Shown one piece after another: positions 38,663 to 49,321 of a stretch of DNA of 64,000 bases. Positions within the stretch are counted from its first letter, which is position 1; every line of letters begins with the position of its first letter. Source of the DNA: Lingula anatina (lineage: Eukaryota; Animalia; Brachiopoda); contig CM120643.1 of assembly GCA_051362555.1 (NCBI GenBank), forward strand, positions 24,060,848 to 24,124,847. The letters run 5' to 3'. The notes under the pieces are model-generated. The model saw only the letters and a program-made list of their open reading frames with translations, was not told the DNA's origin and did no database searches. Position numbers and translations under genes: made by a program.

Positions 38663-41600
38663 TGGCGACGACAGACGCAGATGATGGCTATATGTACAGA
38701 CACATCTGTGTCTGTACATAACAAGCAAAAGTCTTCAAGATCATGTAACTTTAAAGTCACACCTTGAAAATGCCAATATGTAAAAAATTAAATTTTCACA
38801 AAAAACTGTTTAACTGCAAAAAAAAAAAAAAAAAAAAAAACCAAACAGACTGCATTGCCAACTGAAGCTGTATTTTAGTCCCATGTTTCTTTCCTGTAAG
38901 TTTGAAAACAGTAAGTGACATGATTTTCGTTAAATGGTCATCATGGAAGCAGTGCCCAAAATGGGGGTTTCTTCAAATTTTGATGCAATATTACATAATG
39001 TTTAACTGCTTAATGACCATCAATTTTTAATTATAAAATATTTGTATCACAGATATTCAGAAAATGTGACTAGCAAAGGTCTTCAGGCCCATGGAACTTC
39101 AAAGTCACGCCTTGATAATGCCAAAATGTAAACAAGACAGCACTGTTCTGAAATGGGTTTATTTCCATTTTTAACACTTTTTTAACATAAAACAAAATAA
39201 ACATTTTACTGCCATTTTTATATGTCCAACTAAGAAAATTGATGAGATGGGAAAAGTATCAATAGAACAGTGTTAAATGTCCAATTTCCTCCATTCTGAG
39301 ATTCTGAACATAGTGGATGATTGAATCTGACAAACTGCAATGATATGAGTTTATTTCCATTTTTGACACTTTATTACACAATACATGATAACAAGTTTAC
39401 CATCATTTTTACATAATCAACTAACAATGTTGCAAAGATGCAGGAAATATCAAACAAACACTTTTAGGCATCTTATTAGTTAAATAATGAGACTGTTAAC
39501 ATGCCTAATAATTGAATCTGAGGAAATGTGAAAAAACAGTATAACTTCTTAAGTAATGGCCCGATTATGCTTATTTTCGAACTCAACCTGCGTTTTAGTA
39601 AGATTGACCACTCCTGTGAGTATAATTACAATTGGCCAATCCGTTTTTCTTATATTGTGTTATCAGTGTTGCATTTATATTGAAAGTAGTGAAAAAACAG
39701 CATAAACTAGAGGATCAGAGAGGCGATACCGCCTCCGAATATTGTACCACCAGCTGGAGCAAGCGCATTCGTATAGACCCCCACATACACAAAATAAGGG
39801 GTGCAGCCACCAGTCTTGTGCTTGACAAGCTGTAAAAATGCAATCAACAAGAATTTTCAAAATATGCAAAAAATATATATAACTAAAAATGGTGCAATCA
39901 AAGTTAAGTTCATTGTAAGGTAGGTCAAAGGTCAATTTCAAGGTCACAGTAAATTGCCAGTATATGACTTCCTATCCAACTTCAATAGTAACTATGGACC
40001 TATCTCTGCCAGTTTTGGAGATAAAAGGGAAGCAAAATTTGCAAAGTTCAGTTCATGGTGAAAAGTAGGTCAAAGGTCAATTTCAAGGTCACAGTAAGAT
40101 TGCCAGTATATGACTTCCTATTCAACTTCAATAGTAACTATGGACCTATCTCTGCCAGTTTTGGAGATAAAAGGGAAGCAAAATTTGCAAAGTTCAGTTC
40201 ATGGTGAAAAGTAGGTCAAAGGTCAATTTCAAGGTCACATTTAGATTGCCAGTATATGACTTCCTATTCAACTTCAATAGTAACTATGGACCTATCTCTG
40301 CCAGTTTTGGAGATAAAAGGGAAGCAAAATTTGCAAAGTTCAGTTCATGGTGAAAAGAAGGTCAAAGGTCAATTTCAAGGTCACAGTAAAATTGCCAGTA
40401 TATGACTTCCTATGCAAGTTCAATAGTAACTATGGACCTATCTCTGCCAGTTTTGGAGATAAAAGGGAAGCAAATTTTGCAAAGTTCAGTTCAAGGTGAA
40501 AAGTAGGTCAAAGGTCAATGTCAAGGTCACAGTAAGATTGCCAGTATATGACTTCCTATTCAACTTCAATAGTAACTATGGACCTATCTCTGCCAGTTTT
40601 GGAGATATAAGGGACTAAATGTTATAATTTTGGAGTTACCATAATGTGCCATAAATTTCCTACAGAAAAAATTAATTAAAATAAAGAAAAGGTCATTTTG
40701 GTCAAAGTTCTTGAAATGGGAGGTTCTCTGAAGTTGCAGAAGTTTAAATTTGATAAAATAATGTCATTTTTGACCACAAGTTGTCTGCTTTGCCAAGCAT
40801 TATGTTTTATTTTTCCGGAGTTCAAAATTTATTATCCATTACCGTACTGCACATTTTTACGGAAGCCGACTGGTGCCATATGTTGAAAAAAAAAATTATC
40901 TCGAAATTTCGAGATAGCATTTTTTTTTGTTCAAATTTCAAAATACTATCTCGAAATTTCGAGATAAATTTTTTTGCTCAAATATCAAAATGCTATCTCG
41001 AAATTTCGAGATAATTTTTTTTTTGTTCAAATTTCAAAATAGTATCTCGAAATTTCGAGATAATTTTTTTTTTCTACATATGGCACCAGTCGGCTTCCGT
41101 ACATTTTCCTTTCCCCACCAATATGTACTTTCTGATACAGCGTAACTCGAAAACCGTATGGAATACAAAAAAACTGAGACCACCTCCAGTGTTGGGCTTT
41201 ACATGCTCTACAAAATGCAAAAAAGAATGGGATTCTAGCATTAACGGTTCCCGAATTAGAGACAGTTTTCAGTTTCGGTATCTTATGGCCGCTACTCCTG
41301 TGAAAATGCACCGATTGACCCCAAATTCACGGAGATGAAAGATGACCTGAAGGGTAACACTTTCCAATAATATTATTGGTTAAGTCTGTGTGGCGTCTGA
41401 ATAACAGGGCAAAAAATTTTTTTTTCGTAAAAAATTTCATTTTTTTGAAAATTTTGGCCCATTTGACCTTGAAGTAAAGGTCAAAGGTCAAATCCGAGGG
41501 TATATTTGAAATCTACACATATGACTTTTGGAAAGCCGTCTGTAGAAATTTTTCCCATAACTCCTTCCGTAGGGTAGATAATTAGCATTTAATTTTGCCA

Positions 41601-42784
41601 TTTTTGGACAAGGGTGCATTGCAATGAGTGCCACACCCAGACCCCAATACCGACAAAGCCCAAATTTTACGTGGAACGAGTTGAGATTATAGGTGACCTA
41701 AATCCATGAGATGGGTATGGGGGGCCTTACCGTCTAGGAGGAGAAGCGGTAACGGTAGCCGTCCGGCGGAGCCGGCGGAGCCGGCGGAGCCGGCGGAACG
41801 ATCCGGACGAGACCGAAACCATGTGTACCGCCAGCGCTAACGCTGGTGGTACAATTACCTAAAAGTGACCTGATCATGCTGATTTTCGAACTTGACCTGC
41901 GTATTATGAATATTCATCAGTTCTGTAAGTTTCAAGTCAAAAGGTAAAATGGTTTTCCACTTATCGTGTTATCGGTGCTGCATATATGCTGAAAAAAGTG
42001 AAAAAACAGCATAAATTCCCTAAAAGTGACCCGATCATGCTGATTTTCGAACTTGACCTGCGTATTATGAATATTCATCAGTTCTGTAAGTTTCAAGTCA
42101 AAAGGTAAAATGGTTTTCCACTTATCGTGTTATCGGTGCTGCATACATGCTGAAAAAAGTGAAAAAACAGCATAAATTCCCCAAAAGTGACCCGATCATG
42201 CTGATTTTCGAACTTGACCTGCGTATTATGAATATTCATCAGTTCTGTAAGTTTCAAGTCAAAAGGTAAAATGGTTTTCCACTTATCGTGTTATCGGTGC
42301 TGCATACATGCTGAAAAAAGTGAAAAAACAGCATAAATTCCCTAAAAGTGACCCGATCATGCTGATTTTCGAACTTGACCTGTGTATTATGAATATTCAT
42401 CAGTTCTGTAAGTTTCAAGTCAAAAGGTAAAATGGTTTTCCACTTATCGTGTTATCGGTGCTGCATACATGCTGAAAAAAGTGAAAAAACAGCATAAATT
42501 CCCTAAAAGTGACCCGATCATGCTGATTTTCGAACTTGACCTGCGTATTATGAATATTCATCAGTTCTGTAAGTTTCAAGTCAAAAGGTAAAATGGTTTT
42601 CCACTTATCGTGTTATCGTCGCTGCATATATGCTGAAAAAAGTGAAAAAACAGCATAAATTCCCTAAAAGTGACCCGATCATGCTGATTTTCGAACTTGA
42701 CTTGCGTATTATGAATATTCATCAGTTCTGCAAGTTTCAAGTCAAAAGGTAAAATGGTTTTCCACTTATCGTGCTCTTGCACGG

Positions 42785-42815
<31 letters not shown>

Positions 42816-45800
42816 AGACGCAGATGATGGCTATATGTACAGACACATCTGTGTCTGTACATAAAAATTAGATGTGGGGATGCATTTTTCCTTCAAAGTT
42901 TCAGTCTGCCTATATCTAGATACATATATAACACATACTTCTACTTCTGTTAAGCTGTCCTCCTGGTCATCATATGTCAATCTCCCTATTGTCTTTTGAC
43001 CTTGAGCATTTGCTCTATTAGTCTTTGATGTAGAAGGTTGAACCTCTCCATAATCTTGGTCACTTCTACTAGAAGGAGAAGCTTTCGGGACAACATTTGT
43101 GACCACTGGGCTAGACGTAACCATTTCATCTGTACTTGTCTTGGAAGCCCTGGGACCATCAAAATCCCTGTCCCGTTTTGAATTTTTCTGCTTTAAACTT
43201 GGCACTATATCGTCAAATTCTTGTTCAATATTATCTTCCTCCTCATCTTCTTCAATTTTTACTGTATCTGTATCTATTCTTGAAACTTCCGTGTCACTTT
43301 CAAGTTGAGTCTCGGCCACCACATTCACTCTGCTCTTACATTCGGCCCTTGTGGGAGTTATCCTCTCTATTTTTATGGACTCTGTATTTTGGCAAACAAC
43401 TGGCGTGTCCGGTTCAGTTTTTATAGCTTTTGAAGCTGGGTGACTTTCTTCTGTCTCTTTAGATCTTAATCTGAAATATCCAATGACAAACAAAACTGAA
43501 GCACTGCTTTTGAAAAAAATTCTGAATTTTATGGCTTATATTACTTGGAGCCACACTAGAATTGTCCCGTTTCCTGCTCAACCAAATATTATGCTACCAA
43601 CTGGTCATAGGTATCAAGTAGGCATGATTGCAGGACAAAAACAGCTAAAATTTTTAAGTCAAAACATTAATTGTTATAAAGTCAATGTGCTAAAAATGTC
43701 ATTGATGAAAATCAAACCACACAGTAACAGGGTACACTGCTCAGAATGTATACATATCTTGTTTACAATATCATTAACACCTATAAAGAACCTGTAAACT
43801 AAAGCATGTCAAATCATGTAAAAATGCAGGGGTGGCACCCCTGTATCCAGAACTGGTCACAGTCTGACTGATGTCATCAAACAGCTGATAATATCCTAAC
43901 AGGATTAAGAACTTTGACATGAAATGGATTCCATATAAAAAATGTGATATGTCTGCATATGGTGATGTCATGAAATTAAAAACTGCTTTAACTTAGCCCA
44001 ATTCTAAATACTGACACCAAAATGCTAAGGACAAAATTAATTTGTATAACTTCCAACTGCTTCCAAGTACCTCTTTCTAGACAGGCTGGTGTGCGTTGGT
44101 GTCGACGGGACAGTAAAGCTCGCCTCTGTCTGCTGCGTCTCTGGCACACATAACTGAGGTTGATGGGATACCTCCTTGGCATACTGGGATACATCCTGGG
44201 TCAGCTGACTTTGGGGTTCTTGTTTTATATATGGTGCTGTGGCCTCAGTTTTCACATTTCTGTTGTTGAAAAAGGAAAAATAAATGCTTGTTTAAATCAA
44301 TATATATTTCACCTTTATGCAAACTGAAAACAAACCAGTCCACATAAACAGCAATTCTAATGATTTTACTTTAAAAAAAATGGCAGAAATGTAATTTTTT
44401 GGGAATATGACAAAATGGGGCATGATTTTGACCGACTATGGTGTCAAATGTGTCTCTTTTATTACAAAATAACTAAAACAACAAAATCACCTGACTGACT
44501 GGGACTGCTGTGTAAAGGAAGCCGCCACCTGACTTTGTGATGGAAGCTGAAGTAAACTGGATGCTGAAAACAAGAAAAAAAATGTGAAAGAACATTAGCC
44601 AATAACACTGAAATGGAAAGTGAAAGTGCTGAATGTCTATAAACAAACCCAGCCATGTAGCTTAAATATTCAACACAATATTTTACCAATTCAAACTTAT
44701 CTAGACTAATAGTATCCATCTGTTTTAAAGATGTACCACAAAGAGAATGCACAGTCAGGGTCTTTCACTTAAACCAAAAAAACACAGCATATCATAAAGT
44801 CAACATGAAGCCAAATGTTGTAAAGATGTACCTTGACTAATATCTGGAACCTAAAATCTGATCAAATTTAGACCAAAACTAAAACCAAAATGGCATTTAC
44901 TTTAAACAAATTTGACATTTTGTGCTATTCTTTAAATTACTGTCATTAATATATTAGTAGGCAGTTTTGTTGGTTTTTCTGACCTGGCTCTCTTTCTGGA
45001 TTACAGTAGCTGTCAGTAGAACAGTAGAGCACAGCAAACCCCAGCTCTGCATCCTGGATCTGACGCCGTTTATGTCTACAAAAGTATGTCCACAGACAGT
45101 AGATATTCAATTCAAACTTTTTTTTATTACAAACCAAACTTATGAATTTTAAATTTTCATACATAAATTTAGGAGAATACTTTCTTTTACACCTTCATTA
45201 GAGATGGAAAAACTTATCGTTAGGCAAAAATATTTGTTCAAGTCGCACAAGTGACAGAATTGCTAACTGTAAATCCAATCTCATAGAAATTTAAGCATCT
45301 TAACCAATCTCAGTAAAAATGTTGAAATTTATTCCAAGAACAGAGATGTTCCTTTTATAGTTTGTAGATCGCCATTAGTGAAAGTATTAATCTTCGTCTA
45401 TCACTAATTAATACAAATGTTCATTCATGTTGTATAAAAACAATTTCTGTGATGCATCTGCATACAATAGTTTACATTCTAGTAAATGAGAACAAAAAAT
45501 GAGTACCTTTTCAGATATCTCTGCACATGTGTCACCCAGTCCCTGGCATTTTTGGACAGCAACTGGGGATTAGTGGGTGGTTCACAGTACATGACACATG
45601 TCCCCCTCTCTATTAGCACCTCGTCATTGTTATCATCTGTCCCTTCCTCCATCAACACTGGGGTCCCTCCTGCTAGCTCTACAGCGATGCTCAGCTTTCT
45701 AAACTGAAACAAAATAGAATAGAGAGGATTAAACATTCTGACTAAGCAATATCTTCACATCAACACTGGGGTCCCTCCTGCCAGCTCTACTGCTATGCTC

Positions 45801-48800
45801 AGCTTTCTAAACTGAAACAAAATAGAATAGAGAAGATTAAACATTCTGACTAAGCAATATCTTCACATCAACACTGGGGTCCCTCCTGCCAGCTCTACTG
45901 CTATGCTCAGCTTTCTAAACTGAAACAAAATAGAATAGTACACAGTAGATTGAACAGTCTGACTAAGCAATATATTTATATCAACACTGGGGTCCCTCCT
46001 GCCAGCTCTACAGCTATGCTCAGCTCTCTGAACTGAAATAGAATAGAGAAGATTGAACATTCTGACTGTGTCTTCTAACTGACACTGGTCTACAGTCCAA
46101 CCAATTTTAACTTTACACTGATTGAACTATCTTGACTTCAAAAAGGGAATTTATGTCATTTGGTTGAATAAAATATTTTTTAAACAATTAGCCTTTGAGT
46201 TTTTTTTTTTACAAATATGCATCATATAGAAGTGTAACTATTATGTATACAAACTTATCAAACATTTCATTCTGTCAGGATATTAAATCATAAAGTCATT
46301 AGATAAATTAAATACACTTAAGAGCAAAAAAAATAGCTTTACTGACTAAGTATAAAAAATGTGGGTAAATGGAGCATTGTTGTACAGGGATGATACACTG
46401 TCACCTGACAAACGTTTATCTATTATATTCACCTGTTTTGGAGAGAGGAATATAAATTTCATTCCAGAAAAAAGTGTCTGTCTTCCAGGATTTTTCTTAA
46501 AGGACACTTCATCTGGGTTCAGCAGCAGTTCAGCCAGGGCAGGGATGAAACTGAAACATTGAGTAGATTAAATTATCTCTCAGGGCAATTAGGACTTTAT
46601 TACTTGCAAATATACTTGTATAGTTATGTTTTAGAGGTAAGACTTTCAGTCCTTTCAAATTATTTTTTTTACAGAAAAAGAATCAATTCACCAACAGTTA
46701 ACTACAAAATGTGACGCAAAAATTATAAACAAAAAACTTATGTGAGATGTTTAAATAAACACTGGGATATACAAAGACTGATTAAGCCTTCTTTGGTTGA
46801 TTCTGTAAACATAAACAATTGTCCAGCTACATATGAAACTTCAACTGTTTAAGTTCAAGATAAATATGATCACAATTATTATAATAACTCAGGCTCCCAT
46901 ATTTCAACATATTTCTGAATAATCAAGCGATATTAAGCAAGCCTAAAAAAACACCCTCATCCCTTAATAAATACAGGTAACTTTTCGCATTAGCATAAGT
47001 CTACCTACTCATCAGGGTTTGGCAGCTGTTTATTCTGGTCATAGGCTTCAAGTAACTGTGTCAGGTATTCAGGGGTGACAATGGGCTTCTGGGAGATCAA
47101 TGCACAAACCACCTGAAAATACACACACAATACACTGCACCTGGCTTGGTCTGCCTTGATAAGAGTGGAGCAAGGTCTGCACAAAATTTATTACCATGAA
47201 TGGAAAGGGTAAATAATTTTTGTATATCAAAAAGTGCTGAAAACATTATTATTTTCTTTTCATTTTCTTTCACTTCATATGCTAGGTTTTGATATGGTTT
47301 TATGTGGAAAAATAACACACCACTATCTTGCAACAGGACAACTTAAAATTGAAAATTTAATTCATAGATTACCAGAACACACCTTAATAGTGACACTTAT
47401 GGTACTCATAACTAACATGTCGCACTCCCGCCTCCAGTCACCAAGGACATGGCCGCTGAGCTGACGTATGACGCCCTTGACAGACTTTTTCACCGAATTG
47501 TCCAGGCAAGATGTAGTCACTATGAAAGGCTCACGTTTCACTCTAGAGGGAAAAACAACAGAAACAGAAAATTTTAATTATGAAGAAATAAGGTTTGCTG
47601 TATGAATGTGACCTTGGAAAAACAATTGATCCAATTAAATATCTACTTAAATTTCCAAATGAGGCTAAATGGCAATAAATGTAGTATTTTACAAATTTTG
47701 CAGAGGTCAATTCAAAAAGTAATATAATCATTTCTACATCACCCAGAAGAAAATAGGGTATAACTATTTATTTTTCATTTGCTATCATTATTTAAGTTAA
47801 CCAAAGACATCCAATGCTGTACTTAGTTTCAATGAATCTTTGCTTAATTTTCCTCTAAATGGTAACATACAAGGTATTAACATAATGTCAGTATACTGGT
47901 TAACTCTTTAAGAAGCATCAGAATAACTCAACTAGCACCTGAAGGAACTCTGTGCCCCAAATTTGATTTCATCTCCATCCTTTAGTTCTCTCTCTCCCTG
48001 AATCCTGCTTCCATTGACAAATGTCCCAAACTTGGATGTGTCTTTTATAGTCAACACAGGCGGCTTATGTGGGAATGGCTAAAATAGATGCATCAGCAAT
48101 GTTAACAGTCTATAAAAATTTGGGGAAAATAATTTTTAAAAAATCAAAGGTAAGAAATGTGTGAGGTCAAACAAAAAAGTAAGATGAACTGTTGGACTAT
48201 TTTATATTTTATCAAACATTTGTGGCCTGAACAGAATTGACATTTTCTATTCCCTAATATTCCCTCTAGAGATGCCTTTAATCAACACATCAGTTTCCAC
48301 CAAGTGTCATTATCAGTCATTGAAATTATAAGAATCTGAGGTCATATGCAATCTATCTACAGCAACTCTTTCAAACATTTGATACAAAATTACTTAAACT
48401 ACTGAGTAATGTTTAGCACCAAATGATTTTCTGGGTCGGAAACTTCAACTGTTTCAATATCATTGTAGAAAGTTGAAAAATACCAAATGATTTTCTGGGT
48501 GAACAACAATGGCCACAGCATGTTTCCTGCTCATGGACTGGTCTCCTTCTATCAAGATGTCGCAATCCTTCCTTCCTATCACATTCTCCTTATTGGCCAG
48601 CAATGGATAACGAACACCTAGAATACATGTAAAAATGACACATTAAATTGCATTCAATACTAAATATTGTTTATCAAGTAATTTTTTATACAAATAAGGG
48701 GAAACTGTCTGTCCAACTGGTCATGACAGCTTGAAATGCCAGACGACCTGCAAGCTTTTTGATATCTCAAATCTTTTGGACTGGCAAGGTTTAAGTGAAA

Positions 48801-48963
48801 ATACAATAACTAAAAGTAAATCACATTTAAACATGTAAACTAACAGAAATATAATACTTAGTTCTGAACAGCACAGATTGGGGAGGACCTGCAGATTCCC
48901 TGCATTGTGGGTCCTCCAGACATTCAGTATCTCTAGATTTCCCCAAAGTATGCTTTATACAAT

Positions 48964-49044
<81 letters not shown>

Positions 49045-49283
49045 TTGATTGTCTTACAATACAGGTAGACCAAGGGGGGGGGGTTCTCATTGAATGAATG
49101 AAACTACTGGTCTGGTACAGTTCACTGTGAAGCAGCCGGTCTACTGCTACCTGCTTATCTTGCGACAATAAATCAGAAACCCTATTTGAGCAAATATCTA
49201 TAAAACACTACACTATAACGTCGATAAAATGCACTACTTGTAAATAGAACATTACCTGTCTGTGCGGAATACAAAATCCACAT
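26936..49283 (-). CDS. NBN: Nibrin / NBS1 (MRN complex subunit), complete 16-exon gene, 2244-nt CDS, ~747 aa
   Basis: Manual splice assembly gives one open frame: FHA ([22 protein letters not shown]...SKFGTFVNG), tandem BRCT, MRE11-binding [17 protein letters not shown]...[11 protein letters not shown] and a basic C-terminus KTKRR*. All introns are GT-AG and phase-compatible. Confidence 0.96.
27441..30206 (-). mobile_element. Helentron/HINE-like non-autonomous element, family A, copy 1 (NBN intron 15)
   Basis: ACTAG end plus GAGGCG-ATAC-CGCCTC stem-loop; subterminal IR ATTGTACCACCAGC (27476-27489) / GCTGGTGGTACAAT (30193-30206); terminal hairpin; (GGAGCCGGC)n microsatellite; internal 146-bp array; second copy at 39706-41855. 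Confidence 0.85.
27646..29210. repeat. 146-bp tandem array, ~10.7 copies, inside family A copy 1
   Basis: GTAGGTCAAAGGTCA anchor (or close variant) at 27646, 27790, 27936, 28082 ... 29104. Confidence 0.95.
30254..30303 (-). CDS. NBN: NBN exon 15
   Basis: [16 protein letters not shown](D); 50 nt; ttag/gtaagt. Confidence 0.9.
30419..30532 (-). CDS. NBN: NBN exon 14
   Basis: [38 protein letters not shown]; 114 nt. Confidence 0.95.
30899..31093 (-). CDS. NBN: NBN exon 13 (MRE11-interaction region)
   Basis: ...[17 protein letters not shown]...[10 protein letters not shown] (NFKxFxK motif); donor gtaaga. Confidence 0.93.
31340..31420 (-). CDS. NBN: NBN exon 12
   Basis: [27 protein letters not shown]; tttcag/gtgagt; phase 0/0. 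Confidence 0.8.
31820..32054 (-). mobile_element. Short HINE/Helentron-like element
   Basis: ACTAG end, GCACT...AGTGC stem, subterminal IR CTCTGCCAAGG / CCTTGGCAGAG, GACAGACAAACA microsatellite remnant. Confidence 0.65.
32125..34482. mobile_element. 2.36-kb TIR DNA transposon inserted in an (AT)n microsatellite
   Basis: 21-bp TIRs CTGTCATTCTTTGCTAGTGGT / ACCACTAGCAAAGAATGACTG (1 mismatch), each directly abutting an (AT)n run. No recognisable transposase. Confidence 0.75.
32876..33098. mobile_element. PIF/Harbinger-like MITE nested in the 2.36-kb element
   Basis: ~37-bp imperfect TIRs (CCCCCTTTACACTGGATGGCGTCCTTTCTGCGTCC and reverse complement); TAA on both sides. Confidence 0.75.
36994..37597 (+). 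mobile_element. 604-bp TIR element with RecQ-like helicase fragment (AcademH-like non-autonomous derivative)
   Basis: ~77-bp perfect TIRs CACCCTGAGCTTCAGAG...; 8-bp TSD TGCTGCAT, single-copy in neighbouring uninterrupted array monomers; internal frame ELKPEQ...[14 protein letters not shown]. Confidence 0.88.
37281..37379 (+). pseudogene. RecQ-type SF2 helicase fragment (Q motif and motif I/Walker A)
   Basis: [33 protein letters not shown]; upstream in-frame stop at 37254 and no ATG. Confidence 0.8.
39706..41855 (-). mobile_element. Helentron/HINE-like family A, copy 2 (~4.7 x 146-bp array), inserted in a family B monomer
   Basis: Collinear with 27441-30206; interrupts CAGCATAAA|TTxCCTAAAAGTGACC with no TSD. 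Confidence 0.88.
40858..41101. mobile_element. IS3EU-like MITE (244 bp) nested in family A copy 2
   Basis: TIRs TACGGAAGCCGACTGGTGCCATATG / CATATGGCACCAGTCGGCTTCCGTA; 6-bp TSD CATTTT; empty site in copy 1 near 29453; four internal palindromes TATCTCGAAATTTCGAGATA. Confidence 0.85.
42939..43470 (-). CDS. NBN: NBN exon 11 (large disordered acidic region)
   Basis: Core of ORF 42831..43493 (LRSKETEES...DSLTEVE); tttcag acceptor, gtatgt donor; 532 nt. Confidence 0.85.
44071..44259 (-). CDS. NBN: NBN exon 10
   Basis: [25 protein letters not shown]...SLSRKR; phase 2/2. Confidence 0.82.
44491..44563 (-). CDS. NBN: NBN exon 9 (SQ/TQ-rich)
   Basis: [25 protein letters not shown]; tttcag/gtgatt boundaries; phases 1 and 2 fit the neighbouring exons. 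Confidence 0.8.
44984..45075 (-). CDS. NBN: NBN exon 8 (end of BRCT2)
   Basis: [30 protein letters not shown], resembling the NBS1 IPEAEIGLAV...YCDP segment; 92 nt. Confidence 0.93.
45507..45703 (-). CDS. NBN: NBN exon 7 (BRCT2)
   Basis: [66 protein letters not shown]; 197 nt. Confidence 0.93.
45651..46066 (-). repeat. ~108-bp tandem repeat (4 copies) of the NBN intron 6 / exon 7 junction
   Basis: cag|TTYAGA acceptor copies with exon starts at 45703, 45811, 45919, 46032. Confidence 0.92.
46433..46550 (-). CDS. NBN: NBN exon 6
   Basis: [39 protein letters not shown]; 118 nt. Confidence 0.95.
47009..47112 (-). CDS. NBN: NBN exon 5 (BRCT1)
   Basis: [34 protein letters not shown]; 104 nt. Confidence 0.95.
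47383..47542 (-). CDS. NBN: NBN exon 4 (BRCT1)
   Basis: [53 protein letters not shown]; 160 nt. Confidence 0.95.
47939..48078 (-). CDS. NBN: NBN exon 3 (FHA domain)
   Basis: [47 protein letters not shown]; 140 nt. Confidence 0.95.
48484..48617 (-). CDS. NBN: NBN exon 2 (FHA domain)
   Basis: [45 protein letters not shown]; 134 nt; tag/gta boundaries. Confidence 0.95.
48966..49041. repeat. (CT)n(CA)n microsatellite in NBN intron 1
   Basis: Direct reading. Confidence 0.9.
49256..49283 (-). CDS. NBN: NBN exon 1 ([10 protein letters not shown])
   Basis: ATG TGG start like the NBS1 'MW' N-terminus; donor gtaatg; phase 1 joins exon 2. Confidence 0.85.
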
Positions 49284-49321
49284 CTCCTAAGGTTAGGAAA
49301 TCAAACATGGAGGGAGGAATA

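Larger units (their letters stand above)
35560..42863. mobile_element. Cluster of Helentron/HINE-like family B copies with 161-bp tandem arrays (NBN intron 11)
   Basis: 161-bp unit (CAGCATAAAT at 37849, 38010, 38171...). Three termini each have (GACGGC)n followed by the hairpin TATGTACAGACACA-TC-TGTGTCTGTACATA (37815-37844, 38691-38720, 42834-42863). ~35570-36550 is duplicated at ~38730-39705. Left boundary uncertain. Confidence 0.8.

Noticed and set aside
27646-42775. 146-bp and 161-bp arrays as CRISPR arrays
   Set aside because: Monomers are contiguous with no unique spacers, there are no cas genes, and the context is eukaryotic introns.
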